Shown: piece after piece, positions 25,541 through 32,000 of the stretch
How the letters are laid out: each line of letters begins with the position of its first letter
Position numbering within the stretch: the stretch's first letter is position 1
Assembly: GCF_000013905.1 (NCBI RefSeq)
Contig: NC_007969.1
Coordinates: 2,010,001-2,042,000, forward strand
Source: Psychrobacter cryohalolentis K5
Lineage (GTDB): Bacteria > Pseudomonadota > Gammaproteobacteria > Pseudomonadales > Moraxellaceae
Direction of reading: 5' to 3'
Length of the DNA: 32,000 bases
Program-made: the position numbers and the translations under genes
Notes under the pieces: generated by a model
Told to the model about the DNA's origin: nothing
Seen by the model: the letters and a program-made list of their open reading frames with translations, nothing else
Databases searched by the model: none

Positions 25541-27415
25541 TTATCGCCCTTGAGCATTTTCCATATTGGCTTTATTAATCTCAACCTTATACACCAAACG
25601 CAAATAGTCTAAGTAATCTTGTAGCTGATCTTGGCCTAAATTATCACGGATAATCGCTGCCGTTTGCGCTCTTTGGGCGGCAGATAATGGTGATTGCTGC
25701 TCTGTTTTGATACGGTCACCAACCAATACCGTTGCGCCCATTTCTGTTTTACTTGCTACGGCAACCACACCGTTCTCAGGTGCTTGCTTACTAAACGCTA
25801 AGCCGCGCTCTTTTTCTGTCAGCTGCGTAGTCTGACGATTGATCTCACCAAGCGCTTGGAATGTTACCCCTTGCTTATTGATATCAGCGGTAGTCTTAAT
25901 ACCAGCCGCAAGTTTTTTCGCATCATTTAATGCCAATTCACTAGCCTTTTGCTGACGTAATAACTGCGTGATTCTAGGCGTCGCAGCAGTTAAGGACAAT
26001 GTTTTGGTAGGACGATAGTTACTTGGCTGTACCCATACTGTGCCATTACCAACTTCGATACCAGCGGTGACCGCTTGGTCTTGAATGGTAAACTCATCAA
26101 ACGCTTGTTTAATCACCGCTGGCTGGGCAAGGACAGATTTATTGTTCTCTTTGCGATAATCTTTAAGACGTTTTAATGACACATTTTCTTGCTGAGCAAT
26201 ATCTTCAATACTAAACCCATCTGCGGCTAAATCGTTAATCGCCGTTACTTTGTCAGCGTAGATTTCTTGACGCTTGTACTCTTTTGCTTTGGCTATCAAA
26301 TCATCACGCATACTCTCAAGGCTTGGTATCTTGTTACCATTATCTTCAGTCACCGTAAATATCTGATAACCAAAGCTGGTCTTCACCGGTACGCTGATAT
26401 CGCCTACACTCAAACCTTCTAACGCTTTTTCTACTGCTGCAGCGTCATTGCCAAATACTGAGGGATTAAAGCGTCCGATATCGCCGCCTGTTTCGCCGGA
26501 TGGATCATCTGACTCAGCTTTAGCAACCTTCGCAAAGGCTTCACCTTTGGCAAGACGCGCTTTAATTTTATCAGCACGTGCTTTGGCATCGCTACCAGTT
26601 AATAAGATTTGGCTGATCTTACGCTCATCGACGACGGCAAGGCTTTGCTTATAGGCTTCGTACTGCTGCTGTAAGTCCTCTTTAGTGACCTCGTTTACTT
26701 GGATGGTCTGAGGGCTAAGCTGCAAGTAAGCCAAATCGACCATAGCAGCGCTCTTTAGCGTGTCTTTATTGGCATCATAATATGCTTGAATGTCATTTTT
26801 ACTCAATTTAACTTTTGACACATAATCTTGCCAGTTAAAACGATGTAGCCAAATATTGCGTGCCTCTAGCTGCAAATTAATCAGTTGACTGACTGCTTTC
26901 ATCGGATAGGCAGCAGTACCAACGATACTAGCATTCAGCTGATCTAAGCTCAACTGATTGCGGAACTCATCAAACAGCTGATTTTTTGTCATATTGCGTT
27001 GACGTAAAAAGCTTGCAAACTGATCATTTGAAAACTCGCCATCTGCACCTTTAAAGATCTCTTCTTGACGCAACAGACGATTGATGGTGTCATCAGAGAC
27101 GGTCATACCAAGCTTGCCAGCCTGCTGCTCTAGCAAGGTGCGGTCAATCAGACCTTTTAACACTTGCTCATGTAGCACATCTTCATTTAATAAACTGGCA
27201 TCATCAACTTGGTCTAAAAGCTCAGTACGGCGATTGTTTACTGCCGTTTGATACTCTGATAGGCCGATACTCGCTTCCCCTACCTGAGCGATCTGATTGG
27301 GATCGACATTACCCCCAAAGTAACTTTCGACGCCCAATAGAGCGAGCGGCGATAGGCATAAAATCAATAAAATGCGACCCGGCCAGCTTTTTAAGAAATC
27401 GCGCAATTTATCCAT
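25541..27415 (-). CDS. ppiD: periplasmic chaperone / peptidyl-prolyl isomerase PpiD
   Basis: 624-aa ORF with an N-terminal membrane anchor (GRILLILCLSPLALLGV), a SurA-N-like region and a parvulin-like segment (GGDIGRFNP....VGDISVPVKTSFGYQIFTV). It lies downstream of hupB, as in the conserved hupB-ppiD arrangement. Confidence 0.9.
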   Translation of the reverse strand: MDKLRDFLKSWPGRILLILCLSPLALLGVESYFGGNVDPNQIAQVGEASIGLSEYQTAVNNRRTELLDQVDDASLLNEDVLHEQVLKGLIDRTLLEQQAGKLGMTVSDDTINRLLRQEEIFKGADGEFSNDQFASFLRQRNMTKNQLFDEFRNQLSLDQLNASIVGTAAYPMKAVSQLINLQLEARNIWLHRFNWQDYVSKVKLSKNDIQAYYDANKDTLKSAAMVDLAYLQLSPQTIQVNEVTKEDLQQQYEAYKQSLAVVDERKISQILLTGSDAKARADKIKARLAKGEAFAKVAKAESDDPSGETGGDIGRFNPSVFGNDAAAVEKALEGLSVGDISVPVKTSFGYQIFTVTEDNGNKIPSLESMRDDLIAKAKEYKRQEIYADKVTAINDLAADGFSIEDIAQQENVSLKRLKDYRKENNKSVLAQPAVIKQAFDEFTIQDQAVTAGIEVGNGTVWVQPSNYRPTKTLSLTAATPRITQLLRQQKASELALNDAKKLAAGIKTTADINKQGVTFQALGEINRQTTQLTEKERGLAFSKQAPENGVVAVASKTEMGATVLVGDRIKTEQQSPLSAAQRAQTAAIIRDNLGQDQLQDYLDYLRLVYKVEINKANMENAQGR

Positions 27416-27661
27416 AGTTATCTCTGCTTTATTAACCTATATTGATGAAAAACCATTGTAATACTATTAATAATATCAACGCTCTACAAGCTGGCAATGG
27501 TAAGAAAATGGTAAAACTAAGAAAGGGTGCATTTTATTATCGTTGCTCAAGGCGGATAACACCGTCTTTGTTCGAACAACATCTCTGTCGCGCGCCCTAT
27601 GATACGTGATTTTTGATGCATACTCAAAATATTCAGACGATATAATACAAACCACAGCACT

Positions 27662-27693
27662 AAAAAAAGCACCTATTATCTAGGTGCTTTTTT
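27662..27693 (-). terminator. rho-independent terminator of hupB
   Basis: Stem GCACCTA (27669-27675) pairs with TAGGTGC (27681-27687) around a 5-nt loop. A7/T7 runs lie on both sides. A second small hairpin GCTCATA/TATGAGC lies at 27701-27719. Confidence 0.8.
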
Positions 27694-27809
27694 GATGGGT
27701 CGCTCATAGCTGTTATGAGCCATCACTTTTTATCACTTTACCGTCAACAGACGCCGTTCTTATTCGTGTATCACGCCATAAGGTGCGACTGTCTTTAAAT
27801 AGATACGGC

Positions 27810-28082
27810 CTAGTTCAAGCGTTCTTTTAGGTTTTTACCAGCTTTAAAGCTTGGTACTTTGCTGGCTGGGATACTTAGCTCTTCACCAGTCTTAGGGTTA
27901 CGGCCAGTACGTGCTTTACGGTCTTTTACGCTAAAAGTACCAAAACCAACTAGTGAAATGCTATCGCCAGCTTCTAGAGCTTCGCCAACGCTTTCCATAA
28001 CTGCGTTCAATGCATCGCCAGCTTGAGTTTTATTTAGACCACTTTTCTCAGCAATGCTATCAATTAATTCTGACTTATTCAT
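27810..28082 (-). CDS. hupB: DNA-binding protein HU
   Basis: 90-aa [20 protein letters not shown].....AL.....SV..AL..GD...LVGFGTF.V..R.AR.GRNP.TG..I.I.A..VP.F..GK.LK, the canonical HU fold sequence. SD AAGGAAA lies upstream. Confidence 0.96.
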   Translation of the reverse strand: MNKSELIDSIAEKSGLNKTQAGDALNAVMESVGEALEAGDSISLVGFGTFSVKDRKARTGRNPKTGEELSIPASKVPSFKAGKNLKERLN

Positions 28083-28129
28083 AAAATTTCCTTCAAGTTT
28101 TAGGGGGTAAAAAAACGCTCACGCCAAGC

Positions 28130-28158
28130 ATTGTATCGCTCTCAGAGCACTTAAGCAA
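28130..28158 (-). promoter_or_regulatory. sigma70-type promoter for hupB (TTGCTT-17 nt-TACAAT on minus strand)
   Basis: On the minus strand, the -35 TTGCTT is plus-strand AAGCAA at 28153-28158. A 17-nt spacer follows, then -10 TACAAT (plus-strand ATTGTA at 28130-28135), about 45 nt upstream of the hupB ATG. Confidence 0.55.
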
Positions 28159-28372
28159 TAAAAACCACTTGGCTCATGCATAAACAGGTTTTGCTTTGTT
28201 ATCGCCTTTATAGCAAGGCAACATAAGGAGCGCAAGCAATTTTACATATTTTTGTGCACTCTACAACGTATTTGACACCCAATGTTACCTAAAGCTGCTG
28301 CAATATGATGACAAAAACGCTATTTTAGCTTTCAATTTGTGTCTTAGCTTTTATTTACTGAACGCTTATCTA

Positions 28373-28394
28373 GACGCTGATGTTTATCAACGTC
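28373..28394. promoter_or_regulatory. 22-bp palindrome GACGCTGAT-GTTT-ATCAACGTC containing an FNR/Anr-type core (cTGAT-N4-ATCAA)
   Basis: Read directly: 8 of 9 arm positions are complementary. The core at 28377-28390 matches the TTGAT-N4-ATCAA consensus at 9 of 10 positions. It lies about 170-200 bp upstream of the SCP2-like ORF start. Confidence 0.3.
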
Positions 28395-28556
28395 AACTAT
28401 AAACTGTGATAGTTAATGCATGAAATAAAAGAATTATTGTCAGGTAATAATTTTGCAACTGACAGAAACCCGCGTTACTTTTTATCATAAAGGCGTTACT
28501 ATAAGCGCAATGTCATTGCACACTTTAGGTCGGTTTCAACCCTTACTTATCTTATT

Positions 28557-29240
28557 ATGTTTTATTTGAACAATAAAAAACGGATTATCTACATGAAGCG
28601 TTCTACGTTGTCTCACTCTTTTCTTAATGTCATTTTGGTGTTTATCGAATCGGCGCTGACCCTATTGTTACGTTTAGATCCAGAACTCCGTAAAGCCGCT
28701 TATCCACTTGCTAAGCAAGAAACTGTCGTTGCGCTTAGATTATATCTACCACACGTAGAGGTGTTCGCTACTTTTAGTACCAAAGGCGTGTTATTAGATG
28801 ACAGGCTACCTATTGGTCGCAGTGAGCCTGATGTCGTGATCAATGCTTATAGCCTGCAAGTGATTAATGCTATTACCACGCATGATAGTGAAACAACTGA
28901 AAAGCTGCAAATGCGTGGTGAAACGGTACAGGTTCAGCTGGTTAAGCAATTTATTATGCAGCTTGGTCTAGGTAGCTTAATTCAAGGCTTAATCAAAAAG
29001 ATTAAGGGCGGTAAAAGCAAGCCCAAGCCGACCGAAGCGGAAATGGCAGATAAAAAAGAAAGCTATAAGCTACGTATTAAAGAACAGCAGATCGAAATTA
29101 CTACTTTGACCATCAAAAATCGTGAGCTCGAAACCGCTGTCAAAGAGCTGCAAAGCAAACAAAAGACTTTTATCATCACGACAATAATTGCTTCTATCAT
29201 TGCTCTTACTGCCATCATTGCACTCTTTGTAATGAATTAA
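28557..29240 (+). CDS. SCP2-domain (UbiJ/UbiT-like) protein with coiled coil and C-terminal transmembrane anchor
   Basis: The N-terminal ~125 aa parallel E. coli UbiJ block for block. LLLRLDPELRKAAYPLAKQETVVALRL...VFATFSTKGVLLDD...DVVINAYSLQVINAI...LQMRGETVQVQLVKQFIMQL compares with LNTFLYRSPALKTARSRLLGKVLRVEV...ILVFSERQVDVLGE...DCTVIAYASVLPKL...LEVQGDIQVVQNFVAL. A Lys-rich linker follows, then a heptad-like helix (KESYKLRIKEQQIEITTLTIKNRELETAVKELQSKQ) and a terminal TM (FIITTIIASIIALTAIIALFV). The start is ambiguous, ATG 28557 or 28593. Confidence 0.6.
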   Translation: MFYLNNKKRIIYMKRSTLSHSFLNVILVFIESALTLLLRLDPELRKAAYPLAKQETVVALRLYLPHVEVFATFSTKGVLLDDRLPIGRSEPDVVINAYSLQVINAITTHDSETTEKLQMRGETVQVQLVKQFIMQLGLGSLIQGLIKKIKGGKSKPKPTEAEMADKKESYKLRIKEQQIEITTLTIKNRELETAVKELQSKQKTFIITTIIASIIALTAIIALFVMN

Positions 29241-29290
29241 TGTTCAAAAAATAATCTGATGTATAGATGATTTTTTGAAAATATCTCTTA

Positions 29291-29331
29291 AAAGCGTTTG
29301 ATATGGCCTATCGTCTATCAAGCGCTTTTTT
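29291..29331 (+). terminator. rho-independent terminator of the SCP2-like gene
   Basis: 12-bp stem AAGCGTTTGATA (29292-29303) pairs with TATCAAGCGCTT (29316-29327) with one G-U pair and a 12-nt loop. It runs into a T6 tract ending at 29331. Confidence 0.75.
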
Positions 29332-29400
29332 CGTTTTATCACCAATCATTGTTTTTATCAATCATCGTCATTAATATCACTAACCATTCAACCACACTTT

Positions 29401-29434
29401 AATCTTGACTAAATTACTCGGGATTGAGTATAAT
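29401..29434 (+). promoter_or_regulatory. iscR promoter (TTGACT-18 nt-TATAAT) overlapped by an IscR type-1 binding site
   Basis: -35 TTGACT is at 29405-29410 and -10 TATAAT at 29429-29434. AATCTTGACTAAATTACTCGGGATT (29401-29425) matches the type-1 consensus ATASYYGACTRWWWYAGTCRRSTAT at 20 of 25 positions. It closely resembles the E. coli iscR site ATAGTTGACCAATTTACTCGGGAAT. Confidence 0.7.
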
Positions 29435-29622
29435 TACCTTATCGTTGCACACATCGGGTAAACCATCTGTTGTTTAATAACGATAATACACACTTAGTCG
29501 ACAGATGATTTTTCTTATTAGCAGCATAGCTATTTATATGTGACTGGCTATCTCTTAACCATCTGACCGATACTAAGATCGTTGTTAAATAAAATTATCC
29601 TTAAAAAGTTTGGAGATAACAC

Positions 29623-30135
29623 ATGCGTTTAACTACTCGAGGCAGATATGCCGTGACCGCTTTGCTAGATTTGGCATTACAAACCAGCCAACAAGAAAGC
29701 GCGGTGTCTTTATCCGATATTGCCAAGCGACAATCCATTTCTATATCCTACCTCGAGCAGTTATTCTCAAAACTTCGTAAGCGTGGTTTGGTCACTAGTA
29801 TTCGCGGCGCAGCAGGTGGCTATTATTTAGCAAAGCCACTTGATCAGATTGATGTGATGAGTATCATCTCTGCTGTCGATGAATCGGTCAATGCCATGCA
29901 GTGTGAAGGACGCGGCGACTGCCAAGGTGGTACAATGTGTCTGACCCATGATTTGTGGTGTGCATTATCAAATCATGTAGAGCAGTACTTGAAAAATATA
30001 ACATTAGCGCAATTATTAAACATGGAGCACGTGCAGTCTGTATCAGATCGGCAGCACAGCGATGCTCTAAAAGATATTTCTATAAAAGACATTAACACTA
30101 TTACTTTATCGACCAGCGAGGCAAACCCAGCATGA
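29623..30135 (+). CDS. iscR: Fe-S cluster assembly transcriptional regulator IscR (Rrf2 family)
   Basis: [19 protein letters not shown]..., the wHTH segment [32 protein letters not shown], and the cluster-ligand region C..(5)..C..(5)..C.H ([16 protein letters not shown]) are present. SD GGAGA lies upstream. The stop overlaps the iscS start (ATGA). Confidence 0.95.
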   Translation: MRLTTRGRYAVTALLDLALQTSQQESAVSLSDIAKRQSISISYLEQLFSKLRKRGLVTSIRGAAGGYYLAKPLDQIDVMSIISAVDESVNAMQCEGRGDCQGGTMCLTHDLWCALSNHVEQYLKNITLAQLLNMEHVQSVSDRQHSDALKDISIKDINTITLSTSEANPA

Positions 30136-31358
30136 GCCAACATAACACCCTTATATATTTAGATTATGCCGCCACGACGCCAGTTGCTAAGTCAGTCGCT
30201 GCCAAGATGAGCGAATATCTGACGGTAGATGGCATCTTTGGTAACCCAGCATCACGCTCGCATGGCTACGGCTGGCAAGCAGAAGAGGCGGTAGAAACGG
30301 CTCGTCAGCAAGTTGCTGAAGTCATCAATGCTGATCCTCGCGAAATCGTCTTTACCTCTGGTGCGACAGAATCTGATAACTTAGCCATCAAAGGTGCTGC
30401 TCATTTTTATCAGTCTCGTGGTAAGCATATTATTACCAGTAAAATTGAGCACAAAGCGGTATTAGATACCTGCCGTGAACTTGAGCAAGAAGGTTTTGAA
30501 ATTACGTATCTTGAGCCGCAGCCAAGCACTGGCATGATTTTACCAGAGCAAGTAAAAGAAGCTCTGCGTGAAGATACTATCTTAGTGTCTCTCATGATGG
30601 TGAATAATGAGCTTGGTACAATTACTGATGTTGCAGCGATTGGTGAAATCACACGTGAAGCGGGTGTTGTTTTTCACGTTGATGGCGCACAGTCTGTTGG
30701 TAAAGTACTTATCAATCTTGCAGAGATGAAAATTGACCTAATGAGTTTCTCAGGTCATAAGGCTTATGGTCCTAAAGGTATTGGTGCTCTATTCGTTAGT
30801 CGTAAGCCACGTATTCGCCTAAAAGCCGAGCAGCATGGTGGTGGTCATGAGCGCGGTATGCGTTCAGGTACTTTGCCGACTCACCAGATCGTAGGTCTTG
30901 GCGCAGCATTTGAGTTAGCTAATCAGCGCTATCAAGAAGACCATGCCCATGCGGCAAAATTACGCCAAAAACTGTGGGATGGTCTACAAGATATCGAAGA
31001 GATTTATCTAAACGGTGATTTAGAAAACAGCGTACCTAATATTGTAAATATCAGCTTTAACTTTGTTGAAGGCGAATCCCTGATGATGTCGCTAAAAGAC
31101 TTAGCTGTCTCATCAGGTTCAGCTTGTACGTCAGCGACTCTTGAGCCATCTTATGTCTTGCGCGCTATTGGTCGCCCAGACGAGTTGGCACATAGCTCAA
31201 TCAGATTTAGCTTTGGTCGCTACACTACTGAAGAAGACATTGATACGGTTATCACTCAGATGCATCAAGCTGTTGATAAATTACGTGCGCTATCGCCACT
31301 TTGGGATATGTATCAAGAAGGTGTTGATTTAGACTCAGTAGAATGGTCTGAGCACTAA
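30132..31358 (+). CDS. iscS: cysteine desulfurase IscS
   Basis: [10 protein letters not shown], the PLP-lysine motif [18 protein letters not shown] and the catalytic loop SSGSACTSA are present. At 408 aa it is a typical IscS. Confidence 0.97.
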   Translation: MSQHNTLIYLDYAATTPVAKSVAAKMSEYLTVDGIFGNPASRSHGYGWQAEEAVETARQQVAEVINADPREIVFTSGATESDNLAIKGAAHFYQSRGKHIITSKIEHKAVLDTCRELEQEGFEITYLEPQPSTGMILPEQVKEALREDTILVSLMMVNNELGTITDVAAIGEITREAGVVFHVDGAQSVGKVLINLAEMKIDLMSFSGHKAYGPKGIGALFVSRKPRIRLKAEQHGGGHERGMRSGTLPTHQIVGLGAAFELANQRYQEDHAHAAKLRQKLWDGLQDIEEIYLNGDLENSVPNIVNISFNFVEGESLMMSLKDLAVSSGSACTSATLEPSYVLRAIGRPDELAHSSIRFSFGRYTTEEDIDTVITQMHQAVDKLRALSPLWDMYQEGVDLDSVEWSEH

Positions 31359-31565
31359 TACTACATTTAAGCTTTATAATTTAAAAAATAATGGCAACAG
31401 CGATATTTTTATTTACTTTTTCTACTAAACATAAAAATATCGCCATAGCTAATGAATCAGACAATTATACATTAAGTGTTTGACCCCAATTATCGATGAG
31501 CCAGTAACCCATTAACAACGACAGTCATTAAATGACAGCTCATCATCTAACCAGGAGAAAACCCC

Positions 31566-31952
31566 ATGGCCTATAGTGACCAAGTTATTGATCATTACGA
31601 AAATCCACGCAACGTTGGCAATCTTGATAAAAATGCCAAAAACGTCGGCACTGGTATGGTCGGCGCACCAGCCTGTGGTGATGTTATGCGTTTACAAATC
31701 CAAGTCGATGATAACGGTATTATCGAAGATGCACGCTTCAAAACTTACGGTTGTGGTTCAGCCATTGCGTCAAGCTCGCTCGTTACTGAGTGGCTAAAAG
31801 GCAAAAGCTTGGATCAAGCTGGTGAAATTAAGAACAGTCACATTGCTGAAGAATTGGCATTGCCACCAGTAAAAGTGCATTGCTCAGTCCTTGCAGAAGA
31901 TGCAATTAAAGCGGCTATTAGCGACTATAAAGGCAAGCATGTTCCTGCCTGA
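31566..31952 (+). CDS. iscU: Fe-S cluster assembly scaffold IscU
   Basis: MAYSDQVIDHYENPRNVG...GAPACGDVMRLQI...FKTYGCGSAIASSS...LPPVKVHCSVLAEDAIKAAI is a canonical IscU with three Cys ligands and the LPPVK motif. SD AGGAG lies 8 nt upstream. Confidence 0.97.
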   Translation: MAYSDQVIDHYENPRNVGNLDKNAKNVGTGMVGAPACGDVMRLQIQVDDNGIIEDARFKTYGCGSAIASSSLVTEWLKGKSLDQAGEIKNSHIAEELALPPVKVHCSVLAEDAIKAAISDYKGKHVPA

Positions 31953-32000
31953 GCCCAGTCGTCGTTAAAATGACCAGCCATATTAAATAGTGTATAAGCT

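Noticed and set aside
28390-28398. The 9-mer ACGTCAACT is shared between the 17-bp palindrome at 3657-3665 and the end of the 28373-28394 palindrome
   Set aside because: In the second locus the 9-mer spans the palindrome arm and unrelated flanking bases. The two dyads are therefore not structurally homologous, and the match is most likely coincidental.
1-32000. Mobile elements, prophage remnants, CRISPR arrays, toxin-antitoxin or defence islands
   Set aside because: No transposase, integrase or recombinase-like ORFs were seen. There are no terminal inverted repeats, no flanking direct repeats and no spacer-repeat arrays. Gene content is housekeeping throughout, with conserved synteny blocks.

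Overview
This window looks like ordinary core chromosome from an AT-leaning gammaproteobacterium. The synteny blocks are aroC-prmB, alaS-lysC-csrA, prmA-(Zn-ribbon/DUF3426)-fis-purH, hupB-ppiD and iscR-iscS-iscU. Together with Q/N/S/T-rich insertions in otherwise conserved proteins, they suggest Moraxellaceae, possibly Psychrobacter-like. That taxonomic call is inference only. I support 25 protein-coding genes, several good rho-independent terminators (mostly bidirectional, between convergent genes) and a few near-consensus sigma70 promoters. One of these promoters, upstream of iscR, overlaps a strong IscR type-1 box. I found no rRNA, tRNA, CRISPR array, transposase, integrase, phage gene or recognisable defence, toxin or secretion cluster, so I cannot honestly report a clear novel multi-gene system. 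The best leads, all of moderate interest, are listed here. (1) A tail-anchored UbiJ/UbiT-like SCP2 protein sits next to the isc operon, with an FNR/Anr-type palindrome upstream. (2) mrcB (PBP1B) is followed by a lipoprotein with a long disordered linker and a TPR-like C-terminus, which is LpoP-type activator architecture. (3) lysC has an in-frame internal start with a consensus Shine-Dalgarno at the catalytic/ACT-domain boundary, suggesting an alpha/beta aspartokinase. (4) A Zn-ribbon/acidic-linker/TM/DUF3426 protein occupies the slot where enterics have dusB. (5) An orphan FixI/CcoI-type P1B-ATPase carries an insertion of about 90 aa. (6) Several cis elements are unusual: a terminator-like hairpin ending 14 nt before the purH start codon, a 207-bp structured iscS-iscU spacer while iscR and iscS overlap, and perfect palindromes upstream of the L,D-transpeptidase and the ATPase. 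All calls were made by eye from the sequence and the ORF track; no searches were run.
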